Origin: Nitrospirales bacterium
GTDB lineage: Bacteria; Nitrospirota; Nitrospiria; Nitrospirales; UBA8639
Direction of reading: 5' to 3'
NCBI GenBank assembly: GCA_963555755.3
Contig: OY820905.2
Coordinates: forward strand, 512,001-576,000
Length of the DNA: 64,000 nucleotides
Below the pieces are notes generated by a model, which was not told the DNA's origin, did not search any database, and saw only the letters and a list, made by a program, of their open reading frames with translations. A program made the position numbers and the translations under genes. Below, in pieces: positions 53,655 through 64,000 of the stretch (its first letter is position 1; the number at the start of each line of letters is the position of its first letter).

Positions 53655-54059
53655 TTACCCCTTGGCCAGCTTTAACTCCGGAATGACTTTTGCTATGCCA
53701 ACGAAATCGCGGTCGTTATGGACAAGGCGCAGTTCGTGTTCTATGGCGATTTGGGCAATGAGGCAATCACCGGTATTGCGTATGGTGACCCCTTTCTTAC
53801 GACAACGGAAATACAGTTCAGCTGCATGTCGGTAGCTTGTGACAGGATCGCGTGGATGATAAAACCGCTGTGTTCCCAGGTAGGTTTCTAACATGGAAAA
53901 ATCTTTCAAAGAGTCCGCTCCTTGAAGGACTTCTTGATAGACGGTCGCTGTAATGCCAAAGGGAAGTTCATGGCCAAGGATGGCTTCTAACTGCGCCACA
54001 GCTTTATTCCGGCGGGAGCGAAAAAAATCAATCCAAACCGATGTATCCACCAGGTACAC
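53655..54059 (-). CDS. vapC: PIN-domain (VapC) toxin
   Basis: YLVDTSVWIDFF, QEVLQG, DCLIAQIAIE, HNDRDF. Confidence 0.92.
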   Translation of the reverse strand: MYLVDTSVWIDFFRSRRNKAVAQLEAILGHELPFGITATVYQEVLQGADSLKDFSMLETYLGTQRFYHPRDPVTSYRHAAELYFRCRKKGVTIRNTGDCLIAQIAIEHELRLVHNDRDFVGIAKVIPELKLAKG

Positions 54060-54061
54060 GA

Positions 54062-54265
54062 TTACGATTCCCCACTCCGCAGTTTCTTATAATCGTAGTT
54101 GGATCGGATACGGACTTTCCCACGAATCTCCCTGACATCCCGCCGCCGGTGGTGTTCCACCAACTCCCGTAAGGCTCGGTCGACTAACTCTCGTTTGGTT
54201 TTGACGCGAACATACTTGAAGGCTTCTTCCACTAATTGGTCATCAAGAACAATGTTTGTGCGCAT
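54062..54265 (-). CDS. vapB: VapB antitoxin
   Basis: MRTNIVLDDQLVEEA...TKRELVDRALRE. Confidence 0.9.
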   Translation of the reverse strand: MRTNIVLDDQLVEEAFKYVRVKTKRELVDRALRELVEHHRRRDVREIRGKVRIRSNYDYKKLRSGES

Positions 54266-54574
54266 GGATACACCTCCTAAGGTGTAGGATAATACACTTT
54301 GAATCTCCGTTGATCAAACGCGCATACGTGAAGTGCTCTCCAATAGAGGTTCTTCCTACATTACCAGGGGTAGAAATTATGACTGATCGTCACCCCGGCG
54401 CGTCATTCCCGCCGGTTGTAAGCGGGGATCCAGGTTTCTCCTTTCTCCTTTACTTTTGCTGTATTTCCTCTTTTACATTAAAGAAAGGACAGAATCCCCC
54501 AACATAAGTTTTGACTCTTTTTCTTTACCCTTCTAGTTTGCATGTGGCCCTTTTCTCTGGCACTATTCATCGCT

Positions 54575-54925
54575 ATGGATCGACAACCTACCGAGCTCCA
54601 ACCTTTTAAAGTCTCTTATCATGGTATTTCGCAACTCGACGAACTCCGACAGCAGCTTTCTACTTCCCTGCGCCCCTACTCCTGTCAAGTCTATCTCTTT
54701 GGATCTTGGGCCACTGGAACTGCCCACCCTAGTTCAGACGTTGATATTGCCATTTTACCTGAAGCCCCTTTTCCGATAGGTCTTTTGAGTCAAATCAGGT
54801 TTGAGCTTGAGGAAAGTTCACTTCTTCTCACAGTGGATGTAATAGATCTCAGTCAGGTAACACCTACATTCCGACAACGGGTTCTGAAAGAAGGCGAATT
54901 ATGGATCGACTCGACGAACGACTGA
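54575..54925 (+). CDS. Minimal nucleotidyltransferase (MNT) antitoxin
   Basis: YLFGSWA.G....SDVDIA, VDVIDL; start uncertain. Confidence 0.85.
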   Translation: MDRQPTELQPFKVSYHGISQLDELRQQLSTSLRPYSCQVYLFGSWATGTAHPSSDVDIAILPEAPFPIGLLSQIRFELEESSLLLTVDVIDLSQVTPTFRQRVLKEGELWIDSTND

Positions 54926-55287
54926 AGGTTGCCCTTCAAGCTTTAACAACATTGGAAGAACTTGTAGGGAAATCTCCTGTTTCGAAAATCGAACGCGATG
55001 CGGCCATTCAACGATTTGAATATACCAGTGAGGCTGTATGGAAAGCTGGTCAGGCCTTTTTGCGGGAATATGAAGGATTAGATCGGGGATCTCCAAAGGG
55101 AGTGATCCGTGCATTTCTCCAAGTGGGCAAATTCGAGGAAGCTGATGCCCAACTTGCTATGGACATGATCGATGATCGTAACTTAGCCGTTCATACCTAC
55201 AATGAAGCATTAGCCGATGCCATGTATCAACGGCTAGAGCGCTATGCTCAATTGATGAGGAAGTGGATAGGCGCGATGAAAATCTAA
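54901..55287 (+). CDS. HI0074-family HEPN protein (nucleotidyltransferase substrate-binding)
   Basis: RDAAIQRFEYT, SPKGVIR, DRNLAVHTY (Rx4H). Confidence 0.9.
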   Translation: MDRLDERLKVALQALTTLEELVGKSPVSKIERDAAIQRFEYTSEAVWKAGQAFLREYEGLDRGSPKGVIRAFLQVGKFEEADAQLAMDMIDDRNLAVHTYNEALADAMYQRLERYAQLMRKWIGAMKI

Positions 55288-55344
55288 ACCCCCTCTGCTG
55301 ATTCGCTGTTTATTGTTTTTGCCTTTTTCTCAACACGGCTACTT

Positions 55345-56358
55345 CTATCCCTGAACCGCCTCAATTATCACGCCATCCCAATCGCCGGTTCCTTTTTTCA
55401 TTTGAAGACATCGGGTTTTCTTGAGGCCAGAGGCTTTGAGCCATTCTTGAACCTCTTTAGCGTGATACGTATTTCCTGTGGGTGTGTAGAGCAGCATGGT
55501 AACGGCAAAGAGATTGGTTTCTTCGGCATCAAACCCTGGTGTGTCCATGAGAAAGGTGTCTTGGATTAAAATTCGTCCTCCAGGATTTAATGCGCGTTTT
55601 AATTTTCGAAATAAGGTTTTGTTTGCGGCTGGGGAAAAAATATGAAGCACGTTGGAAACCCACATCACATCAAATGTTCCGGGAACGGGATTTTTGAGTA
55701 AATCCCCTGTGTAATATGAGAGCCGTTTGCCGTGTCGGAGAGGTTTGGCAATGATTTGCGCCACTTCGAGTGCCGGCTCTCGATCCCAAATGCCCGCTTG
55801 CAGCTTTGGATTTTTAGCTAAAAACTCGAGAGCGTAGGTTCCGGGCCCACCACCCACATCCAGCAATGAATTGACTTTTTTCAGATTCAGTTGTGCAGCA
55901 ACTTGCTTAGCGGATTGAAGAGACCGTTGATGCATGGCCCAGGTAAATGAACGCCGATAGTCCGAATCATCCGGTCCATCATTTTCAATAGGCTTTCCAG
56001 TGCGAACGGAATTGGTGAGACCGCCCCAATTGTCCCATTGATGGTGCAACAGATCGAGATACGCACCTTGATAGTGTGGGCTCTTCCGATTCAGTAGCGT
56101 CTGGCCGAGTTTACCAACACCAAAAGAGATCCCACGTTTCTTAAGTAAACCGGCTGTCTCTAAATTACGGACCAAAATCTCGACTCCCCGTTCATTGGCT
56201 TTCAACGTTTTTGCCAAGCCTTTGAGCGTCCACCAGCGAGAACCCATTCGAGTAAAAATATCCATATCCAACGCAGTAGCCAAAATACGCGGTAACCGAA
56301 ACGCATAGACAGCGTTTCGAAAGTCATCAATAGTTTTGATGGGTATTGTGTTAGTCAT
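55345..56358 (-). CDS. O-methyltransferase with dimerisation domain
   Basis: LLDVGGGPG, GDL, SNVLH, ALNPGG. Confidence 0.88.
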   Translation of the reverse strand: MTNTIPIKTIDDFRNAVYAFRLPRILATALDMDIFTRMGSRWWTLKGLAKTLKANERGVEILVRNLETAGLLKKRGISFGVGKLGQTLLNRKSPHYQGAYLDLLHHQWDNWGGLTNSVRTGKPIENDGPDDSDYRRSFTWAMHQRSLQSAKQVAAQLNLKKVNSLLDVGGGPGTYALEFLAKNPKLQAGIWDREPALEVAQIIAKPLRHGKRLSYYTGDLLKNPVPGTFDVMWVSNVLHIFSPAANKTLFRKLKRALNPGGRILIQDTFLMDTPGFDAEETNLFAVTMLLYTPTGNTYHAKEVQEWLKASGLKKTRCLQMKKGTGDWDGVIIEAVQG

Positions 56359-56438
56359 GTATTTGATTCCTTTTAGGGGTTCTCAAAGTAATCGACACTC
56401 ATCTCTCAATCGAAAATTCAAGAGATTCATTTCTTCTT

Positions 56439-56515
56439 TTTTGTCATTTCGACCACAGGGAAAATCTGTATTTCTCCTAGCCTCAGATTTCTCACGAAGG
56501 TTCGAAATGACAAAA
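56439..56515. repeat. REP-like inverted pair TTGTCATTTCGA...TCGAAATGACAA
   Basis: Same family as 8490-8589. Confidence 0.7.
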
Positions 56516-56523
56516 TGGAATAG

Positions 56524-56964
56524 CTAACTCACCGTAAACTGCTTTTGGTATTGATTGATCAATGCATCGAGTGCTGGAAGGTTATCTAAATCGACGTGCC
56601 TTTCAAAAAATATGGCAACGTATTCATCGGTCATTTCGGTCCGTTCGGTGAACCCGTCTTGCTTAAGACGGCCACGATATTTGGACACGACTTGTTGAAT
56701 ATAAAACTTTGCCTGTTTGGCTAGCTCGTCACTACCGAGATCTTCGGGGGTGCCATCGGACAAGAGACTTTCCATATCCTCCAGAGAGTACCCTGCTTGG
56801 CAAATAAGCATTCCTTGTGGCGTGATCTCCAGTTGCCAATCTTCATCGTCTAATTCCAAGGTGAGCGCCCCTCTCTCTTCATACTGCACAAACGTCGGAT
56901 AGGTTTTTTTTAGATAAGCCTGGGCGTGATCCCACAGGTCTGATGTCTGAGATAATTCACTCAT
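56524..56964 (-). CDS. Hypothetical acidic protein
   Basis: 146-aa ORF whose start overlaps the TPR gene end. Confidence 0.65.
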   Translation of the reverse strand: MSELSQTSDLWDHAQAYLKKTYPTFVQYEERGALTLELDDEDWQLEITPQGMLICQAGYSLEDMESLLSDGTPEDLGSDELAKQAKFYIQQVVSKYRGRLKQDGFTERTEMTDEYVAIFFERHVDLDNLPALDALINQYQKQFTVS

Positions 56965-57766
56965 CGTGTGCTTTTTTCCTCCATGGTTGATCTAATCGCT
57001 TCCGAATCATGGCAAGGCGTTGGGTATTTTCTTCGAGTTTGGGCAAGCCATACTTTCGATCAACACGAATCACCCGGTGCAGAAACCGAGCTGCGGGTTC
57101 ATCCTGGCCCAAGGCTTCATGGCATCCCGCTAGCACATACCAGGCTCCACCCATTCGAAGTTCATCCCGCAATCGTTGCGCAATAGCCAAGCTCGTTTGA
57201 GCACAAGCAATGGCATCATCGTGACGATCCCACGCCAAGTACATTCTGGCCATCATTTTAAACACATCGGTCTGACCCGCATGATTGTCCACTCGCTTCA
57301 TCAAGGTAATGGACTGCGAATAATAGTCCATGGCTGACTCAAACTGTCGCGTTTCCTTGGCCACTAAACCCAAATCAGAGAGCAAGACGGCCTTAGCCGC
57401 ATCGTCCTTAAACAGGTCCATCATGTCCAAAGCCTCTAAATAGTAGGCACGACCACGGTCCCATTCCCCAGCATCGACATGGACGTTCCCTAAGTTGGTC
57501 AATGTCGAACTAATGCCGCGATCATCGCCTAGCAGTTTTTGGAGTTCCAAGACCTCGTGATAATAGGCATTTGCTTGCTCGCGTTTGCCGCTCACCGCAC
57601 AAATATTCCCTAAGTTGCCCAAGGTGGCCACCAAAGCTCGTTGATCTCCGCTCATCCGATCCGCCTCTAAGGCCTTGGCATAGCACTGATAGGCCTCCGT
57701 GTAAAAACCACGAGAAAAATGTGCATTGCCTTGATGATTCAGTTGAACCGAATGAGATGGTCGCAT
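56957..57766 (-). CDS. Tetratricopeptide-repeat protein
   Basis: Repeated L.NLG...G....A..YY..AL units. Confidence 0.88.
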   Translation of the reverse strand: MRPSHSVQLNHQGNAHFSRGFYTEAYQCYAKALEADRMSGDQRALVATLGNLGNICAVSGKREQANAYYHEVLELQKLLGDDRGISSTLTNLGNVHVDAGEWDRGRAYYLEALDMMDLFKDDAAKAVLLSDLGLVAKETRQFESAMDYYSQSITLMKRVDNHAGQTDVFKMMARMYLAWDRHDDAIACAQTSLAIAQRLRDELRMGGAWYVLAGCHEALGQDEPAARFLHRVIRVDRKYGLPKLEENTQRLAMIRKRLDQPWRKKAHDE

Positions 57767-57823
57767 GTGCGTGAAAGGGAATTGTGAATGAACAAACGAA
57801 AAGAGTCTAGCAGATTATTTTAA

Positions 57824-57969
57824 GGGTTCGCGCATGAATAACCTTCCCTGTTTGTGCGTCGATCCATCCCGTCTGGCGGCGTTGCTCGTCCTTTCCATCG
57901 AGGAGTATGCGCAGTCCTCGCGCCTTGCCACACGGGTGTCTCACCCCCCAAACAGGGAAGGTTATTCTA
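57824..57969. repeat. MITE family B copy 2 (reverse orientation, one end truncated)
   Basis: GGGTTCGCGCATGAATAACC...GGAAGGTTATTC; core is the reverse complement of 11391-11547. Confidence 0.8.
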
Positions 57970-58555
57970 AGGCTTTTTCGACAATGGGTTTTGCGCCGGT
58001 CAAAATGGAAGCGCCATCACCCACAAGCAAGGAATCAAAATTATATTTCAGCAGTCGCCGTAAACCCTCGCGAGCCTTGTCAAGATCGGCATATTTTTCA
58101 GCAGGCAGCATGCACACCGAACCTGCAGGTTTTCCAAGGATAGCATCCCCCACAATCAGCACGCCCTTGCCTTGCTGAATAAACAGAGCCGATTCCCCTT
58201 TGGATTTTTGGTCTGACAACTGAATCACCCAAATGCCACCGGGTAGCAGCTCTTGATCTCGATACACTTCGTCAGGCGTGACACTCATTTCAGGGGCATC
58301 AATTTCAGGGACATAGAGACGACACTGAAATTCTTTCTGATAGGTGGCAGTTTCTCGCACATGGTCTCGATTGGTCAGAAGGATATAATCCAACTGCCCA
58401 CTATGACGTATATGGGCGATCTCGGAAGACGTCATCGGTGGAGGATCCACCAGAATGCGATGCTCCCCGACATGAAGGAAATGCCCGTTAAAATCAATTT
58501 GTTTTTCTTCAGAAAACCACGACCATTCCGAAATGCCTGGCAAGAGCGCCTTCAT
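57962..58555 (-). CDS. MBL-fold protein with a degenerate metal motif
   Basis: ILVDPP, LLTNRDH, LIVGD, LLVGDG. Confidence 0.75.
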   Translation of the reverse strand: MKALLPGISEWSWFSEEKQIDFNGHFLHVGEHRILVDPPPMTSSEIAHIRHSGQLDYILLTNRDHVRETATYQKEFQCRLYVPEIDAPEMSVTPDEVYRDQELLPGGIWVIQLSDQKSKGESALFIQQGKGVLIVGDAILGKPAGSVCMLPAEKYADLDKAREGLRRLLKYNFDSLLVGDGASILTGAKPIVEKALE

Positions 58556-58791
58556 AGTGCCGAGATTTCCGCTTTCAGCATCGTGGTGACATTGGCCAAA
58601 ATATTGTCTTCAGTTGGTATATCGAGCATATCGTCTTCCGGGACCATAATAAACTTGCGATTGCCATCTTTGGTGAGTGAAATAAGAAACTGGCTATTGG
58701 ACGGAACCGTGGGAATTACAACCTCAACCGCAGAATCGATGCTCGTGATGACTTCAAGAAACTTTTGTTTACCAGCCTCTAATTCATCCAT
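58552..58791 (-). CDS. Small hypothetical protein
   Basis: 79 aa; ATGA overlap with the MBL-fold gene. Confidence 0.6.
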   Translation of the reverse strand: MDELEAGKQKFLEVITSIDSAVEVVIPTVPSNSQFLISLTKDGNRKFIMVPEDDMLDIPTEDNILANVTTMLKAEISAL

Positions 58792-58825
58792 TCGAAAAAA
58801 TGAATCCTTTCACGTTCACCACACA

Positions 58826-59371
58826 TTATAAGCTTGACGATCCCGATGAAGCGCCATCAGCGAGTAAGCCATTCACCACTTCAAGAATAGCTGTGTCATT
58901 GGCTAAATTCATATTGCCCACGCGTTGCCAACGAATCACGCCTTGTTGGTCCAACACATACACATTGGGAATAAAGCGCCCACCGCCATACAGGCGATCG
59001 GTCACTTGGTCAGGATCAGTGAGATATGGATAGGTCACCTTCACTGAAAACATTCCGAGGAACTCCAATACATCGGCTTTGGAGTCTCCCGATGAATTCA
59101 CACCTACGACAGCCACGTTTTTCCCCTGAGTCGCTTCATGCACTTTTTGCAAATTCGTACTTTGGATGAGACAGGGTTCGCAAATATGAAAGAGCCCGAG
59201 TACGATGACTTTGCCCTTCAGGTCATTCAAGGAGACTTGTTGCCCTGTCACGGAGGTGAGGGAAAACAAGGGTGCCGCCTCCCCGACTTTAAAAAACCCT
59301 TTGGCCCATCCTGTGGTGGCCATTGCCATAAGAACTATGAGAAACCCGATTACCACATGTTTGCGTTTCAT
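58826..59371 (-). CDS. TlpA/redoxin-family thioredoxin-fold exported protein
   Basis: Signal peptide, APLFSL, CEPC, IPNVYVLD..G. Confidence 0.82.
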   Translation of the reverse strand: MKRKHVVIGFLIVLMAMATTGWAKGFFKVGEAAPLFSLTSVTGQQVSLNDLKGKVIVLGLFHICEPCLIQSTNLQKVHEATQGKNVAVVGVNSSGDSKADVLEFLGMFSVKVTYPYLTDPDQVTDRLYGGGRFIPNVYVLDQQGVIRWQRVGNMNLANDTAILEVVNGLLADGASSGSSSL

Positions 59372-59726
59372 AATGTCCTCCACCTGGTTTAGATCAGTTG
59401 AAGAGAACTCCCATCTACCTAAAGAGATCTTACCACACGATTTTCCGGGGGAGCAATTACACAGATGCCAATAGTTGGTGAGGATGGAGAAGGCGACAAC
59501 TCAAATACACCTGTGTTCTTTTTTCCGGAGGAACGATGGTGTGCATAGGCATGGCTATCCTTGAGCATGAACAGACCACCTACCTCACCAAGGATTCCCT
59601 CATGATGTGGAGGAGGTGTTGCTGAAGCCGGTGTCTTCCTCGTTTGAATTGACGTGAGCTCGTGTGATGGTAGCTGGACTTGAGGTGAAAACCAGAACTT
59701 TACGCAACAAAAAATTTTGGTAATCG

Positions 59727-61145
59727 CTAGCGGGTAGACGTGTTCCCGTCGAACAGTCCAAGCTGGAGTTCTTCGGCTTTGGTGAAGGGAATGGGGTATT
59801 TGTCGGTGAAGCAGGCGTGGCAGTAATGATCGTTGCGGCCTGGGACGGCATTGAGCATGCCCTCCAAACTCAAGTAGGCCAGACTGTCGGCAGTGATGTA
59901 TTTACGGATTTCCTCGACCGTATGGCTGAAGCCAATCAGTTCTTTTTGGGTGGGCGTGTCAATCCCATAAAAACACGGCGCAATGGTAGGTGGTGAACTA
60001 ATGCGCATATGTACTTCCTTTGCCCCGGCATTCCGCAACATTTTAACGATTTTTCGACTGGTCGTTCCCCGTACGATCGAGTCGTCAACCACAACCACCC
60101 GCTTCCCCTCCAACACATCTGGCACCGCATTCAGTTTCAGTTTGACGCCAAAGTGGCGAATCGATTGCTCAGGCTCAATAAATGTACGCCCGACGTAGTG
60201 GTTACGGGTCAACCCAATTTCAAAGGGAATCCCCGACCCTTCAGCAAAGCCCAAGGCTGCTGGCACGCCAGAGTCTGGCACGGGAATCACCATATCAGCC
60301 TGTATGTAAGCTTCCTTTGATAACTGCCGCCCCAAGGCTTTCCGCACGGGATACACCGCAGAATTGCCAAAAATTTTCGAATCGGGCCTCGAAAAATATA
60401 CATATTCGAACACACATTTGGCTGGGGTTTCAGGCATAAGAAAGGGGTGATGGGAGGTGAGCCCCTTGTCATTCACCACGATTATCTCGCCGGGTTCGAC
60501 TTCGCGGATAAACTCTGCGCCAATCAGATCAAACGCACAGGTTTCCGAGGCCACAGTCCAGGCACCTTTATAGCGACCCAAGCACAATGGGCGAAAGCCA
60601 TACGGATCTCGCACAGCAATCAATTCATTGTCGGTCAATAAGGTTAGCGAAAACGCGCCTCGGACAAGACTTAACGCCTCTACCAATCGGCTGAGGAAGG
60701 TGTCGCCTTTTGAATGTGCGATGAGATGGACAATGACTTCACTGTCCGAGTCTGATTGAAATATTGACCCGTAGGCTTCAAGTTCGCTGCGGAGCATTTC
60801 GGCATTGGTAAGATTCCCATTATGGGCCAGCGCTAAATTGCCAAATGCAAAATTGACCGTGATCGGTTGCACATTGCGAAGGTGGCTATGCCCTGCGGTT
60901 GAGTAGCGGTTGTGCCCAATGGCCTTATTCCCACGCAGACGGCGGATTTCTTTTTTGGTGAAAATATCGGCCACCAGGCCCATGCCTTTTTCTACATTAA
61001 AATTGTCTCCTTCCGAAGACACAATACCGGAACTTTCCTGGCCCCGATGTTGAAGCGCATACAACCCCAGGTAGGTGAGATTTGCGGCTTCCTTATGCCC
61101 GAAAATTCCGAAGACTGCACATTCATCATGGAACTTATCCGGCAT
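59727..61145 (-). CDS. purF: Amidophosphoribosyltransferase
   Basis: Propeptide MPDKFHDE then CAVFG; LQHRGQE, PVPDSG, VVVDDSIVRGTT, CFYGID. Confidence 0.98.
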   Translation of the reverse strand: MPDKFHDECAVFGIFGHKEAANLTYLGLYALQHRGQESSGIVSSEGDNFNVEKGMGLVADIFTKKEIRRLRGNKAIGHNRYSTAGHSHLRNVQPITVNFAFGNLALAHNGNLTNAEMLRSELEAYGSIFQSDSDSEVIVHLIAHSKGDTFLSRLVEALSLVRGAFSLTLLTDNELIAVRDPYGFRPLCLGRYKGAWTVASETCAFDLIGAEFIREVEPGEIIVVNDKGLTSHHPFLMPETPAKCVFEYVYFSRPDSKIFGNSAVYPVRKALGRQLSKEAYIQADMVIPVPDSGVPAALGFAEGSGIPFEIGLTRNHYVGRTFIEPEQSIRHFGVKLKLNAVPDVLEGKRVVVVDDSIVRGTTSRKIVKMLRNAGAKEVHMRISSPPTIAPCFYGIDTPTQKELIGFSHTVEEIRKYITADSLAYLSLEGMLNAVPGRNDHYCHACFTDKYPIPFTKAEELQLGLFDGNTSTR

Positions 61146-61427
61146 GATGAGCTCCGAAGAATCTGTTTCACACGAAAAAGGATTGGTGGAGTGAGAAGGA
61201 TTTTTCATGAAAAATAAAGTTGTTACTCGGGTTATTAAGATTCAGAGTTCACGGTTCCGGGTTGCTACCTTTGCGGGCCACATGAACCATTTGCCACTCA
61301 ACAATGCCATTTAATACAGCAATTTTCATCTTTTTCTATTTCAAAACCGTGAACCGCGAACCCCATGAACCCTAAACCTGAGTTGTTATTACAGAAATTC
61401 AAGTTCGACTTTAAGTTAACTTTAGGT

Positions 61428-63686
61428 TTAGTCGTGAAGCTTGCGTTCCAAGCTGGTATTCCAACGTTCGAATAACTGAGAAACAGCCGTATTTATCTGA
61501 CATCCAGACGTTGAGGAATGACCGGCAATCTCAATGACGAGGTGTTCCCCGCCTACTTCTCCAATAACAGCTGCAGGCACATCACGTTCTGTAGCCAGGG
61601 CTAAGACGCGGTCCGCATGATCCGGCAACACCGAAAGTACCACACGAGAGGGGCTTTCTCCAAAGAGCAAGGCATCCACTCGTAACCCATCTGCATCAAG
61701 TTGAATAGTCGCTCCCAATACCTTACCTTCCGCCACCTGAGGCGAAAAGCAACATTCGGCAATCGTCACAGCCAAGCCACCGTCTGAACAATCATGCGCC
61801 GACTGAATCCATCCTTGCTGAATCATGTGCAGCAGGCAACCATGAAGTGCCTTTTCAGTCTCTAAATTGAGCCAGGGAGGGCTACCCTGCTCCCTATAAT
61901 GTACGACTTTCAGGTATTCAGTTCCACCTAAATCTTCTTTGGTTTCGCCGAGCACAATAATGCAGTCGCCAGGGTTCTTAAACCATTGGGTAGTGACGTT
62001 GTCAGCCGGCTCAATGAGCCCCACCATCCCTATAATCGGCGTGGGGTAAATCGACAGGCCATTGGTCTCGTTGTAGAGGCTCACGTTGCCGCTCACCACC
62101 GGGACATTAAACGCCCGGCAGGCATCGGCAATGCCTTCAATCGCCAGCACAAACTGCCACATAATATCCTGCCGTTCGGGATTGCCAAAGTTGAGGCAAT
62201 CCGTCACGCCAATGGGTTGAGCCCCGGAACACACTAAATTGCGAGCCGCTTCGGCTACGGCTAAGGTGCCGCCCACATAGGGATTTAAGAGGCAATAGCG
62301 GCTATTGCCATCGGTAGTCATGGCCAAGGCCTTGTTGGTCCCCTTGATACGCACCACCGCGGCATCAGACCCTGGCCGCACGATAGTATTGATGCCCACC
62401 ATATGGTCGTATTGCCGATAGACCCATGCTTTGCTTGCAATCGTCGGCGACTCTAATAACGACAACAATACATCGGTGGCATTTTTCACATCAGGCAGAT
62501 TGTCACAGGTAAAAGACTGCAAGATGTCCTGATATTCAGGTGGCTTCAGCGGTCGTTCATACTTTGGGCTTTCATCGGTCAAGGCCTTGGCAGGAATTTC
62601 AGCCACCACTTTTCCATGTTCTTTAATGCGTACAAACCCATCGCTGGTGACTTTGCCGACCACCGCCGCATCGATCCCCCACTTTTTACAAATAGCAATC
62701 ACTTGATCCTCTTTACCAGCCTTGGCCACGAGTAGCATGCGTTCCTGTGATTCCGAGAGCATCAGCTCATAGGGCGTCATGTTGAGCTCACGACGCGGGA
62801 CATCAGCCAACTCCAACTCAATCCCTGTCCCTGCCCGTGAGGCCATTTCACATGATGAACTTGTCAGGCCAGCTGCGCCCATATCCTGAATACCGGCAAG
62901 GAGATCTTGCTCTAAGAATTCCAAACATGCTTCCAACAGTAATTTTTCCAAAAAGGGATCGCCGACTTGAACATTTGGACGTTTTTTCTCTGAGGCATCG
63001 TCAAAGCTGTCGGAGGCCATCGTCGCGCCATGAATGCCATCGCGCCCGGTCTTTGCCCCAATGTACAACACCGGATTCCCGACCCCTTCAGCCGCCCCAC
63101 GCAGCAATTGATCGGTTTTCACAATGCCGAGACAAAAGACATTCACTAAAGGATTCTTAGCATAAATGTCGTTAAAGACAATTTCCCCGCCGACCGTCGG
63201 CACACCGATACAATTCCCGTACCAGGAAATTCCGGACACCACGCCTTTAACCAAATGCCGGTTCTTTGGCCGGTCCAATTCGCCAAATCGGAGAGAATCA
63301 AGAAGTGCAATGGGCCGGGCACCCATCGTAAAGATATCGCGCAAAATCCCGCCCACCCCCGTCGCCGCCCCCTGAAAAGGCTCGATAAACGAAGGGTGAT
63401 TATGGGACTCCATTTTAAACACAGCACAGAGACCATCCCCGATATCCACAGCCCCAGCATTTTCCCCTGGCCCCTGAACCACCCGCTCCCCTTCCGTAGG
63501 AAAGCGCTTCAAATGAACCCGCGAACTTTTATACGAACAATGCTCGCTCCACATCACCGAAAACACCCCAAGCTCGGTGAGATTCGGCTCACGCCCAAGG
63601 TGCTTGAGTATCTGCTGATACTCCTCCTCCGACAGCCCATGCTGTCGAATCAACTCTGGCGTAATGTCAGTCTGAGATTGCTGCAT
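61428..63686 (-). CDS. purL: Phosphoribosylformylglycinamidine synthase subunit PurL
   Basis: [46 protein letters not shown]. Confidence 0.98.
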   Translation of the reverse strand: MQQSQTDITPELIRQHGLSEEEYQQILKHLGREPNLTELGVFSVMWSEHCSYKSSRVHLKRFPTEGERVVQGPGENAGAVDIGDGLCAVFKMESHNHPSFIEPFQGAATGVGGILRDIFTMGARPIALLDSLRFGELDRPKNRHLVKGVVSGISWYGNCIGVPTVGGEIVFNDIYAKNPLVNVFCLGIVKTDQLLRGAAEGVGNPVLYIGAKTGRDGIHGATMASDSFDDASEKKRPNVQVGDPFLEKLLLEACLEFLEQDLLAGIQDMGAAGLTSSSCEMASRAGTGIELELADVPRRELNMTPYELMLSESQERMLLVAKAGKEDQVIAICKKWGIDAAVVGKVTSDGFVRIKEHGKVVAEIPAKALTDESPKYERPLKPPEYQDILQSFTCDNLPDVKNATDVLLSLLESPTIASKAWVYRQYDHMVGINTIVRPGSDAAVVRIKGTNKALAMTTDGNSRYCLLNPYVGGTLAVAEAARNLVCSGAQPIGVTDCLNFGNPERQDIMWQFVLAIEGIADACRAFNVPVVSGNVSLYNETNGLSIYPTPIIGMVGLIEPADNVTTQWFKNPGDCIIVLGETKEDLGGTEYLKVVHYREQGSPPWLNLETEKALHGCLLHMIQQGWIQSAHDCSDGGLAVTIAECCFSPQVAEGKVLGATIQLDADGLRVDALLFGESPSRVVLSVLPDHADRVLALATERDVPAAVIGEVGGEHLVIEIAGHSSTSGCQINTAVSQLFERWNTSLERKLHD

Positions 63687-64000
63687 ACCTAGAAAACTAA
63701 AGGAAAGCTTGAATGTGCTAACTGGCTGTAAATAACGATTTTCTTTTGTTTTTCCCCTCTTTTGTAAGGAGGGGTCAGGGGAGGAAGAAGACTTCTATCT
63801 CATGATTTCAGATCATACAGGTTCTGAGGGAAAAGGAAAAGGTGGAATATTTTAAGTGGGGTTTCGTCCCCACACGTCGAGACACTTTTGTTTCGGCAAA
63901 ATTGTTCAAAACCATTTTCGCCGGTGCGCGGCCCCATGGGGATCAATGGCATTCGTTTAAGGAATGGGCGGCATTCGTTTAAGGATTTGGCTCATTCGTT

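Noticed and set aside
53400..55300. Integron cassette array around the toxin-antitoxin genes
   Set aside because: The palindromes are REP-like rather than attC sites, and no integrase is present
61225..61390. Riboswitch between purL and purF
   Set aside because: Only loose inverted 7-mer repeats (GTTCACG / CGTGAAC), similar to 25172-25255; no aptamer consensus recognised

Overview
64-kb bacterial chromosome segment. Gene content and repeat families suggest Nitrospirota, but this is an inference. Two housekeeping blocks flank a ~28-kb accessory zone (27.8-55.3 kb). The left block holds pyrC 3' end, carA, sppA, an M48 peptidase, carB, greA, bioA, lepA-lepB, rfaE1-kdsB-pyrG-kdsA-pgsA-plsY, a DegP-like protease and an EF-G paralog; the right block ends in purF-purL. 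Main observations: (1) a LuxD-like acyl-ACP thioesterase fused to a SAM methyltransferase, downstream of a sigma54-type promoter and next to a 7TM-GAF histidine kinase with degenerate ATP boxes, is a candidate fatty-acid-methyl-ester signalling module; (2) a LuxR-family gene split into three pieces (35165-35307, 50480-51272, 53247-53396) rejoins into an open 361-aa frame once two IS1380-like elements, each with a 5-bp target duplication, are removed; (3) the larger element (15.2 kb) carries a heme-c MCP, a CheW-CheW-Hpt-CheA fusion, a repeat coiled-coil protein, an SGNH protein, a pyrB remnant and nested IS pieces; (4) an IS110/IS1111 element sits inside an IS1380-like terminal repeat, and its 3' non-coding region has short matches to target and donor junctions, as expected of a bridge/seek RNA; (5) several MITE families have different termini but a similar central hairpin core, and two copies lie in frame in lipoprotein signal-peptide regions; (6) three toxin-antitoxin pairs. 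No rRNA, tRNA or CRISPR array was recognised.
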